64,000 nt of DNA from an uncultured Bacteroidales bacterium (GTDB lineage: Bacteria > Bacteroidota > Bacteroidia > Bacteroidales > CAYVNP01): NCBI GenBank assembly GCA_964452905.1, contig CAYVNP010000001.1, positions 93,066 through 157,065 on the forward strand, given 5' to 3'. Both the position numbers and the translations under genes were made by a program. The notes beneath the pieces were generated by a model that saw nothing but the letters and a program-made list of their open reading frames with translations, made no database searches and was not told where the DNA came from. Numbering within the stretch: the stretch's first letter is position 1; the number at the start of each line of letters is the position of its first letter. Of the stretch, positions 53,832 to 64,000 are shown piece after piece.

Positions 53832-55370
53832 CTACTTTAACCAACTGTCCTTATCAAGACTGCGGTACTGAATGGCTTCGGCGAGGTGGTCGGTCTGGAT
53901 ATTGTCCGAGCTGTCAAGATCGGCAATGGTGCGGGCAACCTTCAGGATGCGGTCATACGCCCGCGCTGACAGACCGAGTTTTTCCATGGCATTCTTCAGC
54001 AGATTCTGTCCAGTCTCATCAATGCCACAGTATTCGCGGATCTGTTTTGAACTTATTTGTGCATTGCAATATACCCCTTTTTGTTCGTGATAGCGTTGTT
54101 CCTGCACTTTCCTTGCTTGTTCCACGCGCACCCTGATCTTTTCGCTTCTCTCCGACAGGCGGATAGACGACAGTTCCTTGAAGGGCACGGGTGTTACCTC
54201 CACATGGATATCAATCCTGTCCATCAATGGACCTGAAATTTTATTGAGGTATTTTTGTACAGCACCCGGCGGACAGATACAGTCCTTATCGGGGTGGTTG
54301 AAAAACCCGCAGGGACACGGATTCATGGATGCCACCAACATAAAACTGGCAGGATAATCAACCGAAAACTTTGCACGTGAAATGGTGATCGCCCTTTCTT
54401 CCAGCGGCTGACGAAGCACTTCCAGCACGGTACGTTTGAATTCAGGAAACTCATCTAAAAATAGAACGCCGTTGTGAGCCAGAGAGATCTCTCCCGGCTG
54501 GGGGAACGAACCGCCGCCCACCAACGCTACATCACTGATGGTGTGGTGCGGCGAACGGAACGGACGAACAGATATCAATGCAATCTCTTTGTTCATCTTG
54601 CCTGCCACCGAATGTATCTTTGTGGTTTCAAGCGCTTCATGTAGGTTCAGCGGAGGAAGGATAGATGGCAGTCGCTTGGCAAGCATAGTTTTCCCTGCGC
54701 CGGGCGGACCGATCAATATTGCATTATGCCCTCCTGCAGCAGCGATTTCCAGCGCCCGCTTGATGTTCTCCTGCCCTTTCACATCGGCAAAATCAAATTC
54801 GTATTCGTTCAGGTGTGAGAAAAATTTTTCACGCGTATTCACGATCAATGGTTGCAACGTTGTTTCACCGTTGAAAAAATCAATGACCTCTTTGATATTT
54901 TCCACACCAAAAACATCAAAATCGCTTACAATAGCAGCTTCGTATTCATTTTGTTTGGGGAGGATAAATCCTTTGAATCCTTGTTTACGCGCTTCAATGG
55001 CAATGGGCAATGCGCCCTTGATCGGCTGCAATCCGCCATCGAGCGACAGTTCGCCCATGATCAGGTATTCATGCACACGGTCGGTTTTGATCTGCTCTGA
55101 AGCAGCAAGAATGCCGATGGCTAAAGGAAGGTCATACGCAGAGCCCTCTTTGCGTATATCTGCCGGAGCCATGTTGATGGTGATTTTTTTTACCGGTATC
55201 CGATAGCCGATATTTTTCAGCGCTGCTTCAATCCGCTGGTGACTCTCCTTGACTGCATTATCCGGCAGTCCGACCATGAAAAACTGAACCCCCTGATCAA
55301 TATTTACTTCAATGGTGATGATGATCGCATTGATGCCTTGAATAGCGCTGCCAAATGTTTTTATAAGCAT
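53832..55370 (-). CDS. comM: YifB/ComM family Mg-chelatase-like AAA+ ATPase
   Basis: N-terminal Lon-protease-like domain, Walker A GPPGAGKT, Walker B FLDEFPEF, a zinc-ribbon-like CPCG...C.C segment, and a C-terminal ChlI-like domain. I prefer ATG 55370 (MLIKTFGSA) over the track start at 55400. Confidence 0.93.
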   Translation of the reverse strand: MLIKTFGSAIQGINAIIITIEVNIDQGVQFFMVGLPDNAVKESHQRIEAALKNIGYRIPVKKITINMAPADIRKEGSAYDLPLAIGILAASEQIKTDRVHEYLIMGELSLDGGLQPIKGALPIAIEARKQGFKGFILPKQNEYEAAIVSDFDVFGVENIKEVIDFFNGETTLQPLIVNTREKFFSHLNEYEFDFADVKGQENIKRALEIAAAGGHNAILIGPPGAGKTMLAKRLPSILPPLNLHEALETTKIHSVAGKMNKEIALISVRPFRSPHHTISDVALVGGGSFPQPGEISLAHNGVLFLDEFPEFKRTVLEVLRQPLEERAITISRAKFSVDYPASFMLVASMNPCPCGFFNHPDKDCICPPGAVQKYLNKISGPLMDRIDIHVEVTPVPFKELSSIRLSERSEKIRVRVEQARKVQEQRYHEQKGVYCNAQISSKQIREYCGIDETGQNLLKNAMEKLGLSARAYDRILKVARTIADLDSSDNIQTDHLAEAIQYRSLDKDSWLK

Positions 55371-55644
55371 ACAACTAAATTTATTTTTACAAAATAGCAA
55401 AATTTTCAGAATATCAAAATGAAAATTGCATTCCCCGATTTTTGGTATTATATTTGAATGTCTGTTCTTTTATTTTTCAGGGGTTCAAACATTTTTAATA
55501 GATTTATACTATGCTTTCGTTGTTTGACGTTATATTAACTATTTTCTAATTTGATATTTTCTCTTATGTTTCTCAATCTTTTTATTTTCAAGGCATTCGT
55601 CAAAAAAAATTCTTCTTTTTAAAATAAATACAAAATTATTTTTT

Positions 55645-58600
55645 ATGAAAAAAATCATGTTTGTTTTATTATTTCTGGGGATAAGCTCTGTAATGCTTGC
55701 CAATACAAATGTTCCTCCTCCGGATGGATATAAATCCGATTGGAAAAAAGTTGATTCTTTGATCAAAAAAGGACTCAGTAAATCTGCGAAAGGAATTGTA
55801 AATAAAATTTATCTGAAAGCAAAAGCGGAGGGCAATAATCCCCAACTGCTCAAAGCAGTTATTTATAAACTCAATCTGATCGGGGACCTTGAAGAGAATG
55901 AAGAGATCGGGGAGATCAACTTACTAACCAATGAGATCAAAGTGGCCGGAACACCTGTCAGGCAAATACTTCAATCCATCCTTGCCGAGACGTACCATGA
56001 ATACTATATCAATAATCGCTGGCGGATCATGGAAAGAACCGAAACAATGAACGTGGAACAAACTGATATCAGCACATGGGATTTAAAAAAGATACAGCGA
56101 GAGATCTGTAAAAATTATCTTGGCTCACTGAAAAATATTAATGAACTAAAATTAATTCCTTTATCAGGGTATAATCTTATCCTTGAATCAAAAACCGGCT
56201 CCAAAAAAGTTCGTCCCACACTTTATGATTTTTTAGCTCACCGTGCGTTGGATTATTTTAAAAACGAAGAATCGGCTTTAACAGAACCGGTGAATAAATT
56301 TACGATTGATCAGGCAGACTATTTTTCTCCTTCCGAGCAATTCTCCCGAACAGCTTTTGTTACAAAGGATTCCACCTCACTCGCTTTTTATGCCATCAAC
56401 ATCATGAAAGATCTTATCGCTTTTCATTTAAAAGACGAAAATCCTGCAGCACTTGTTGATATTGATCTTGAACGATTGACATACGTCAAACAGCATGCGA
56501 TACTTCCGGTTAAAGACAGTCTGTATTTTGATGCTCTCTCATCCCTTGAAAAAAAATATCATTTTGCACCTGTCTCAACAGAGATCGTTTATCTTATGGC
56601 TGATTTCATTTCGGATAATAGTCGTTTATACAAACCGCTCCAATCAGACCAGCATAAGTGGGACAATAAAATAGCATATGATTTGTGCAATGATGTGATC
56701 AAACGTTTTCCCAATGCTTCAGGGGTTAACAATTGCAGGTATCTGATGGGAAAAATTTCCGAAACTTCTATCAATCTAACAACGGAAACAGTGAATGTAC
56801 CCGATAATCCTTTCAGAATGCTTGCTTCAGTTAAAAATATTAAAGAATTATATATTCGTATTATACAAATACAATATGATACCCATCGGGAGATCATCCG
56901 AAAGAATTACGATGCTTCTCTTATCAAGGAATATCTGAAACTGCCTGTTTACAAAGAGTGGAGCGTGAACATGCTTGATGATGAAGATTATAACACCCAT
57001 GCATCTGAAATAAAAATTCCTGCACTGCCTGTCGGGTATTATGTGATTCTTGCAGCCAATACCAAAGATTTTTCATATTCAGTAAAAGCAGCAGGTGAAA
57101 AACCCAAATGCGTTGCCTATTCGAATTGCTGGATTTCAAATATCAGTTATATCAGCAGAGACACCAAAAAACCTTCGTATGAATTTCATGTGATCAATCG
57201 TGAAACCGGTCAGCCCCTTGCCAATGTAAATGTACAGACATATTATGAAAATTATAATTATAAGAAATACATATATGAACGGATTAAATGGAATACATTC
57301 ACAACGACCAACGATGGTTATTTTGAAGTGTTACCGCCTAAAGACAATGATAGGTCACGAAATTTTTATATTGACCTTTCAAATGGAAATGACCGTTATG
57401 TTACAGAATCACCCTTTTACCTTTATTCGTCAAACTATCGGAATGAACCGGTTGAACGAATAAAAACTTTTTTCTTTTCTGACCGTGCCATTTACCGTCC
57501 TGGACAAACGTTTTTCTTCAAAGGCATACTGTTAAAGGCAGTCGGGGATTCCAATCAGATCATTCAGGGAGAAAAAACAACCGTTGAATTATTCAACTCC
57601 AATTACCAAAAAGTGGCAGATATGGTTCTCACCACCAATGAATACGGGACGATCAGCGGTTCTTTCACTATTCCGTCGGATGGAATGAACGGACAGATGT
57701 ACATCAAAAACGAATCCGGAGCGCTTTATTTTTCGGTTGAAGAATACAAACGTCCCAAGTTTGAAGTAAATTTTAAACCTGTCAGCGGAAGTTATAAACT
57801 GAATGAAAAAATTGTTGTTAAAGGAATCGCCAAAGCATATGCCGGAAATACTATTGCAGATGCTGATGTTAAATTTCATGTTGAACGCAAAGCACGCTTC
57901 CCTTATTATTTCTGGTGGTTTATACCACCCTCATCACCTGCAACGGTTATTCTTGATGGTGCAGGAAAAACAAACGAGAACGGCGAATTCGAAATTACAT
58001 TCAATGCCATACCCGACCAAACCGTTCAAAAAAATGATCATCCTGTTTTTGATTTTGCCGTCAATGTAAATATCGTAGATTTAAATGGTGAATCACATTC
58101 AGCCGAAACAGTAATTTCTGTCGGATATACCGCATTAATTGCAGAAATTAACATCCCTGACCAATTGGATCGTGAGAGTAAAAATGAATTTACTATTAAA
58201 ACAAATAACCTGAATGGTGAGCCACAAGCCGTACAGGGAGAGATTTCCATTAGCCGGTTGTTACAACCCGGGAAAATTTACAGAGCAAGAAAATGGACTG
58301 CCCCCGACCGATTTATCTTGAGCAAAGAAGAGTTTGAACAAAATTTCCCAAACGACCTATATGCGAATGAAACAGATATTTCAACCTGGCAAAAACAAAA
58401 AACAATTTTAACTTCACCCTTCAACACGGAAAAATCAAAAATATTTTCTATCTCAGACATGAACAGTCTTGAACCCGGACAATATGTTGCAGAGCTGAAA
58501 ACAAAAGATATTTATGGGGAACCGGTTGAATGGAAAAAATATTTTGTCGTGTTTTCACCCAACACAAAACAGATTTGTACACCATCGCCTGACTGGTTCA

Positions 58601-61600
58601 TTTTGCTAAAGAACAAGGTAGAACCCGGCGACACCGCATCATTCCTGATAGGTACGAAAAATAAAGATGTAAAAGTTCTTTATGAAATTGAATTCAAAGA
58701 CAAGATCATTCAGAAACAATGGCTTGATCTGAGTGATGAACAAAGAAAAATAAATATTCCTGTCATTGAAAAGTACCGCGGAAATTTTACCATCCATCTT
58801 TGTTTTATAAAAAATAATCGCATCTATTATCACAAAGAAACCATCGTTGTTCCCCGTACCAATAAACAGTTGGACATTACATTTGAAACTTTCCGCAACA
58901 AACTGATGCCGGGAGAAAAAGAAGAATGGAGAATAAAGATCAAAGGAATGAAAGGCGAAAAGGTTGCATCCGAAATGCTGGCTACATTGTATGATGCTTC
59001 GCTGGATGCATTCAAACAAAACATTTGGTCATTCAATATTTACTCATCCTATTACAGTTCACTCGGATGGGATGTGAATAATCCTTTCTCTACACGTCAG
59101 AGTATGCTTGTTATAAGAAATAAATTTTTATCTCATATGAGTTTTAGAAATTATGATGTGCTGAACCGTTTTCATTTTGGCGACATGTATCTTTCTTCCG
59201 GTGCGGGTTATGGCTATGCTGATGGCTTTGGTGCCGGTGAACCGGTTTTGAAAAAAAATAAAATAATGATGTCTGTTGCTAAATCAGAAGAAAAAAGTGT
59301 GATGGAAGTAGAAAGATCATCCAATGCTCGTTACAGATTACAAGGGAATGTGAATGACGAAGCGTTAGCTGATTCTGTTGCTTATGTTGCAGGAGAGTCG
59401 AAAAATAAAGAAGCTGAATTGTTGGGTGTAGCTGCAAGAAAAAATTTCACGGAAACAGCATTTTTTTATCCGCATCTGCAAACAGATAAAAACGGTGATG
59501 TGATCATTCAGTTCACCATCCCTGAAGCACTTACCAAATGGAAGATGATGGGGTTTGCACATACCAAAGATCTTAAGTACGGCATGATCCAGAATGAACT
59601 GGTTACGCAAAAAGAACTGATGGTGATGCCCAATACTCCTCGGTTCTTAAGGGAAAGCGATACACTTATATTTAGTACTAAAATTTCAAATGTGTCGGAT
59701 AAAAATTTATCAGGTGATGTCATGCTGAACTTTTTTGATGCATTTAGTTCAAAACCCATTGACAGTGCATTCATGAATTTAAAAACAATTCAACCTTTTA
59801 AAACAGATGCTGGACAAAGCACTGTGACGAATTGGAAAGTTGTTGTCCCTGTTGGCCTGGAGGCAGTACTTTGCAAAGTGGTTGCCAAATCGGGAATATA
59901 TGCCGATGGTGAAGAAACTGTATTACCTGTTCTCACCAACCGGATGCTTGTTACTGAATCAATGCCATTGCCGATCAATGGCAAACAGACAAAAACATTT
60001 ACACTTGAAAAACTTATCCATTCCGATTCATCCAAAACGTTGCGACACCATAAGGTTACCCTCGAGTTCACGCCTAACCCTGCATGGTACGCCATACAGG
60101 CATTGCCTTACATGATGGAATATCCGTATGAATGTTCCGAACAGGTGTTCAGTCGTTTCTATGCCAACAGCATTGCAACACACATTGTTAATTCTAATCC
60201 AAAGATCAAAACCGTTTTTGATGCATGGAAAAACACATCTCCGGATGCATTGCTCTCTAATCTTGAAAAAAATCAGGAACTGAAATCACTCATGCTCGAA
60301 GAAACGCCCTGGGTGCTGAATGCACAGAATGAATCACAACGGAAGCAACGTATTTCTTTATTGTTCGATCTGAATAAAATGTCTAACGAAACAGAACGTG
60401 CTTTGAAGTTACTGCAAAAGAAACAAGCACCAAACGGCGGCTGGCCCTGGTTTGACGGCATGCCCGACAGTCGGTATATCACTCAACACATTTTGACCGG
60501 CATGGGACACCTTGATCATCTCGGGATAAAAAATATCAAAGAGGATAGAAAAATATTTAATATGATCATGAATGCCATGCTTTACCTTGACAGGAAGATG
60601 ACAGAGGATTACGTTCAAATAAAAAAATATTATCCTGCCAAAATGAATGAGAACCACCTTGGCAGCGAGGAAATACAATACCTCTATGCACGCAGCTTTT
60701 TTAAAAATGTTATTTCGCTTGAAACTAAAAATAAAGCAGCATATGATTATTTCAGCGGACAGGCAAAAAAATACTGGCTGACACAAAACAAATATATGCA
60801 GGGAATGATTGCTTTAGCACTCTATCGGAATGGTGATAAGGAAACCTCAACTGCCATCATGAAATCACTGAAAGAAAAAGCCCTGCATTCCGAAGAGATG
60901 GGAATGTACTGGAAGGAAATGGATGAAGGATATTATTGGTGGCAGGCACCTGTTGAAACACAGGCATTGATGATCGAAGCATTTGATGAAGTTGCGAACG
61001 ATCACGTTGCTGTGGAAGAATTGAAAATATGGTTGCTCAAACAAAAACAAACGCAGGACTGGAAAACAACCAAAGCCACTGCCGATGCCTGCTTTGCACT
61101 GCTGTTGAAAGGGACAGACATCCTTTCCAAAGAAAGTGAAGTTGGGATCATCCTTGGCAGTAAAAAAATTGATCCGAAAAAAATGGATGATGTGAACGTG
61201 GAAGCAGGAACAGGTTATTTCAAAACGTCATGGAAAAATAATGAAGTTAAACCTGAAATGGGTCAAGTGACCGTCATTAAAGGAGATGAAGGTGTTGCAT
61301 GGGGTGCTTTGTACTGGCAATACTTTGAACAACTGGATAAGATCACGCCACACGCTACCCCGCTGAAACTGGATAAAAAATTATTTGTTGAACGAACTAC
61401 GCCCACAGGAGCGGTGATTGAACCGGTGAATGAAAAAACAGTTATAGTTAAAGGGGATAAAATCAAAGTGCGCATTGAACTGCGTGTTGACCGTGACATG
61501 GAATATGTTCATATGAAAGACATGCGTGCTGCTGGCTTGGAGCCGGTCAATGTGTTCTCGGAATACAAGTATCAGGATGGACTTGGCTATTATGAAAGCA

Positions 61601-61779
61601 CCAAAGATGCTGCAACCAACTTTTTCTTTTCTTATTTGTCCAAGGGAACCTATGTGTTTGAATACCCTCTGGTGATCAATCAGTCGGGCGATTTCTCCAA
61701 CGGAATCACGACCATTCAATGTATGTATGCACCTGAATTCTCATCCCATTCCGAAGGAGTAAGAGTGAAAGTGAAATAA
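55645..61779 (+). CDS. Alpha-2-macroglobulin family protein (large bacterial A2M)
   Basis: 2044 aa with a signal peptide, an MG-domain series and a thioester-type motif YPYECSEQVFSRFY (CxEQ). The alpha/alpha-toroid TED region includes NGGWPWF, followed by a C-terminal receptor-binding-like domain. Confidence 0.92.
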   Translation: MKKIMFVLLFLGISSVMLANTNVPPPDGYKSDWKKVDSLIKKGLSKSAKGIVNKIYLKAKAEGNNPQLLKAVIYKLNLIGDLEENEEIGEINLLTNEIKVAGTPVRQILQSILAETYHEYYINNRWRIMERTETMNVEQTDISTWDLKKIQREICKNYLGSLKNINELKLIPLSGYNLILESKTGSKKVRPTLYDFLAHRALDYFKNEESALTEPVNKFTIDQADYFSPSEQFSRTAFVTKDSTSLAFYAINIMKDLIAFHLKDENPAALVDIDLERLTYVKQHAILPVKDSLYFDALSSLEKKYHFAPVSTEIVYLMADFISDNSRLYKPLQSDQHKWDNKIAYDLCNDVIKRFPNASGVNNCRYLMGKISETSINLTTETVNVPDNPFRMLASVKNIKELYIRIIQIQYDTHREIIRKNYDASLIKEYLKLPVYKEWSVNMLDDEDYNTHASEIKIPALPVGYYVILAANTKDFSYSVKAAGEKPKCVAYSNCWISNISYISRDTKKPSYEFHVINRETGQPLANVNVQTYYENYNYKKYIYERIKWNTFTTTNDGYFEVLPPKDNDRSRNFYIDLSNGNDRYVTESPFYLYSSNYRNEPVERIKTFFFSDRAIYRPGQTFFFKGILLKAVGDSNQIIQGEKTTVELFNSNYQKVADMVLTTNEYGTISGSFTIPSDGMNGQMYIKNESGALYFSVEEYKRPKFEVNFKPVSGSYKLNEKIVVKGIAKAYAGNTIADADVKFHVERKARFPYYFWWFIPPSSPATVILDGAGKTNENGEFEITFNAIPDQTVQKNDHPVFDFAVNVNIVDLNGESHSAETVISVGYTALIAEINIPDQLDRESKNEFTIKTNNLNGEPQAVQGEISISRLLQPGKIYRARKWTAPDRFILSKEEFEQNFPNDLYANETDISTWQKQKTILTSPFNTEKSKIFSISDMNSLEPGQYVAELKTKDIYGEPVEWKKYFVVFSPNTKQICTPSPDWFILLKNKVEPGDTASFLIGTKNKDVKVLYEIEFKDKIIQKQWLDLSDEQRKINIPVIEKYRGNFTIHLCFIKNNRIYYHKETIVVPRTNKQLDITFETFRNKLMPGEKEEWRIKIKGMKGEKVASEMLATLYDASLDAFKQNIWSFNIYSSYYSSLGWDVNNPFSTRQSMLVIRNKFLSHMSFRNYDVLNRFHFGDMYLSSGAGYGYADGFGAGEPVLKKNKIMMSVAKSEEKSVMEVERSSNARYRLQGNVNDEALADSVAYVAGESKNKEAELLGVAARKNFTETAFFYPHLQTDKNGDVIIQFTIPEALTKWKMMGFAHTKDLKYGMIQNELVTQKELMVMPNTPRFLRESDTLIFSTKISNVSDKNLSGDVMLNFFDAFSSKPIDSAFMNLKTIQPFKTDAGQSTVTNWKVVVPVGLEAVLCKVVAKSGIYADGEETVLPVLTNRMLVTESMPLPINGKQTKTFTLEKLIHSDSSKTLRHHKVTLEFTPNPAWYAIQALPYMMEYPYECSEQVFSRFYANSIATHIVNSNPKIKTVFDAWKNTSPDALLSNLEKNQELKSLMLEETPWVLNAQNESQRKQRISLLFDLNKMSNETERALKLLQKKQAPNGGWPWFDGMPDSRYITQHILTGMGHLDHLGIKNIKEDRKIFNMIMNAMLYLDRKMTEDYVQIKKYYPAKMNENHLGSEEIQYLYARSFFKNVISLETKNKAAYDYFSGQAKKYWLTQNKYMQGMIALALYRNGDKETSTAIMKSLKEKALHSEEMGMYWKEMDEGYYWWQAPVETQALMIEAFDEVANDHVAVEELKIWLLKQKQTQDWKTTKATADACFALLLKGTDILSKESEVGIILGSKKIDPKKMDDVNVEAGTGYFKTSWKNNEVKPEMGQVTVIKGDEGVAWGALYWQYFEQLDKITPHATPLKLDKKLFVERTTPTGAVIEPVNEKTVIVKGDKIKVRIELRVDRDMEYVHMKDMRAAGLEPVNVFSEYKYQDGLGYYESTKDAATNFFFSYLSKGTYVFEYPLVINQSGDFSNGITTIQCMYAPEFSSHSEGVRVKVK

Positions 61780-61870
61780 TATTTTTTAAACAGCCGTGTT
61801 CTTTCTATCGTTTCAATTTATGATATGAAAAGAAACGAATTATACTACCCCATCCATTCTGTAACTGGTA

Positions 61871-61913
61871 AAGGGAATAATATCAGGACTTATGTCCTGA
61901 TTACTATTCCCTT
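61871..61913. other. Long imperfect hairpin (9-bp and 8-bp stems) downstream of the A2M gene
   Basis: aagggaata-at-atcaggac ttat gtcctgat-tac-tattccctt. There is no adjacent T-run on either strand. Confidence 0.5.
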
Positions 61914-62057
61914 CACACCAAATGAATTTTTGTTTTGACTAAGAATTAATTATAGAGTCATGTTCAAGATATGCAATTATTGTATATCTATAAATTGTTT
62001 TTAGAGAAATGACTAATAAAAAATTGAACAAAATCAGTTGAAAATATTTAAATTCAA

Positions 62058-63377
62058 CTATTCTTTGATTAATTTTTTAACAACATTCATTTCGGTATTC
62101 TGTATCTTAATATAGTAAATGCCTGCCGAATAATCCGTCAAATTAATGTGAATACTATTCTGTCCTTGAGGAATTTTTGTTGTATAGATTGTTTGACCGA
62201 TTGAATTTATAATCTCAATGTTCGATTCCGTGTTGCTAGTATTCGTAATTACCGTCAAATCATTGTTTGCGGGATTTGGATATATATTTGATTTAACCAA
62301 ATTATAGTCAGTCACCCCTACTGTTGTAGTGTAAAAATAAACATTATCAATGTACACAACTCCTGAACCGGTAGGTGTACCAACAAATATTAATTGTGCT
62401 ATATGATTTTTTGATGTTAAACTTAAAAATTGAGACATTTTAATGTCATAACTATTCCAACCTTCAAGTGTTGGTGTAAAGGTTAAAGCATGTTCTTTAT
62501 CATCACCGCCACCATAAACCCCATTTGCGCCGAAATCTACTAATTTCACCGTAAAAGCAGTCAGGTTTGGAGTCCATGCATCAACATGAAAATAATCCAT
62601 TGTCGACGCATTAATAAGGTTTGCACCGGTCGTTTCTATACCAACAAAATCAAGTGTTGAATATTTTTTAACATCATTTCCGGCAATTTGCATATCCGTT
62701 AAAGATCCAGCAGACCATATGGTTCTCCAGGTATCAACACCTACATTTGTATAAGTGTTGCTAAACATAGAAATTACATTAGCAGCAGGTACTATTGGTG
62801 CTGGAGCAGCAACTTTAGGTTCAGGTAGTGTAACAACCGCTCCTGAAGAAAAAGTAATATTATCAAAATAACAAATATTTTCGACAGATCTGGCTTTAAA
62901 ATCGGGAAAAATAATAATTTGACTTCTTGTAAGTCCGACTAAATTTGAAACATCAAATGTAAGTTCTTCCCATTCATTAATTTTTGTATTGGCTACTTTT
63001 ACTTCTACAAGAGCTTCGCCTGTAGCAGTAGCAAATTTTAATCCTACATCACTAATAATAGGTTTGTAAACCATCATCTTTACTTTAACATTTGATGCCG
63101 AAAAAGTGAAAGTTCCAATATCGGCTAATTTATTAGATTCACAACCAGCCCATGGCTTACCTACTGCCAATGCAGAAAATTTTGCCACCGTAACGGAAGT
63201 ATTAATTCCTGTTTTGTTTGGATTTGGAACAAATTTCAGAGCAGGATTTGTATCATTCTCAAAAACAGTCCAAGTCCAATTTGCTCCATTGCCTGCAGGT
63301 TCAAAATCAATTGGATTGACCTGTGCATATCCTAATGTAAAGGATAAAACTAAAATAAGTGTACTAATTGTTTTCAT
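62058..63377 (-). CDS. Secreted protein with two carbohydrate-binding-module-like domains and T9SS type A C-terminal sorting domain
   Basis: 439 aa with a signal peptide. Two similar ~170-aa beta-sandwich-like halves follow. The C-terminus is NIYPNPANNDLTVI...GIYYIKIQNTEMNVVKKLIKE. Confidence 0.8.
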   Translation of the reverse strand: MKTISTLILVLSFTLGYAQVNPIDFEPAGNGANWTWTVFENDTNPALKFVPNPNKTGINTSVTVAKFSALAVGKPWAGCESNKLADIGTFTFSASNVKVKMMVYKPIISDVGLKFATATGEALVEVKVANTKINEWEELTFDVSNLVGLTRSQIIIFPDFKARSVENICYFDNITFSSGAVVTLPEPKVAAPAPIVPAANVISMFSNTYTNVGVDTWRTIWSAGSLTDMQIAGNDVKKYSTLDFVGIETTGANLINASTMDYFHVDAWTPNLTAFTVKLVDFGANGVYGGGDDKEHALTFTPTLEGWNSYDIKMSQFLSLTSKNHIAQLIFVGTPTGSGVVYIDNVYFYTTTVGVTDYNLVKSNIYPNPANNDLTVITNTSNTESNIEIINSIGQTIYTTKIPQGQNSIHINLTDYSAGIYYIKIQNTEMNVVKKLIKE

Positions 63378-63713
63378 AATTTTAATTGTTTTAATTGATA
63401 AACGTATTTAAAGATTTATATATTTAATAACCGGATTAACTTTATTTTTTCTCCACTTAATTAATCATGTCTTTCAAGTGTTCCTTTTTTTAAGCTGGCT
63501 TCTAATTTGTAATCAATACTTTTTAAATGAATAATTTATTATAGTCAATTTGACACAAAGATATAAGATTTTATTAAATAACAGAAAAAAAGATGCAGAA
63601 TAAACTAAAATCCGTTGAGGATATGTTAGGAATATTCCTCCAATAATTCTTGCACTAAGCAAAAAATAATGGTAAACGAAGGAATAAACTGCAGATTTTA
63701 GGGTGAATATTTT

Positions 63714-64000
63714 TTACAGCAGTTCGAGTTGCCCTTTTACTTGTTGCATCAGCCACATTGGAGTAGAGGTGGCACCACAGATACCAACCTTATTGTTTTT
63801 GGTAAACCAGTCTAAATTGATCTCTTCGCAGTTGCTGATAAAATGAGTGCGTTCATTTACTTGCTTACAAAAATCAAATAGCACTTTTCCATTGGATGAA
63901 TTTCTTCCGGCTACAAAAACAATCACATCGAATTGTTTGGCAAAATTTTTCAATTGTTGTTCTCTGTTCGCCACCTGATTGCATATAGTATCTTTCAGAT
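63714..64000 (-). CDS. ispH: 4-hydroxy-3-methylbut-2-enyl diphosphate reductase, C-terminal part (5' end beyond the window)
   Basis: ...TICNQVANREQQL...DVIVFVAGRNSSNGKVLF...GICGATSTPMWLM is the IspH/LytB C-terminus. The frame stays open to base 64000; the track M at 63974 is an internal GTG. Confidence 0.9.
   Translation of the reverse strand, partial: LKDTICNQVANREQQLKNFAKQFDVIVFVAGRNSSNGKVLFDFCKQVNERTHFISNCEEINLDWFTKNNKVGICGATSTPMWLMQQVKGQLELL

Noticed and set aside
54538-55206. 222-aa ORF antisense to comM
   Set aside because: comM is locally GC-rich, which suppresses stop codons on the opposite strand. The sense frame has Walker A/B motifs and full-length homology logic.

Overview
This is a low-GC, Bacteroidota-type chromosome segment. 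Many genes have a TAnnTTTG -7 promoter box about 15-25 nt upstream of the start. Shine-Dalgarno sequences are almost absent. Five genes and one decayed relic carry type IX secretion (T9SS) C-terminal domains. The housekeeping backbone is pheT, mrdA-rodA, lipA, recG, comM/yifB, tRNA-Leu(CAA) and the 3' part of ispH. Accessory content: (i) At the left edge, a PorV/PorQ-like barrel is translationally coupled to a very large PorU-like C25 peptidase, divergent from a glycine-rich type-B-CTD protein. The peptidase ORF runs off the window and is therefore missing from the ORF track. (ii) HigBA and a PIN-like/49-aa gene pair. (iii) An ECF sigma cluster. (iv) A small-membrane-protein/TonB-receptor/HmuY-like operon. 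(v) DUF1080, a T9SS protein and a GH29 fucosidase. (vi) An 11-kb block bounded by 121-bp inverted repeats. It carries a split MgtE-sensor/NRMT-type NRAMP pair with real SD sequences and a switch-like leader, plus MntP and two kinases. (vii) A tRNA-Leu-adjacent AT-rich islet with orphan membrane proteins, an LRR T9SS protein and a decayed CTD. (viii) A 2044-aa alpha-2-macroglobulin. Several hairpin-repeat clusters occupy intergenic DNA. I saw no CRISPR array, rRNA, transposase or integrase. All calls rest on reading the sequence and the ORF track by eye; no searches were run.
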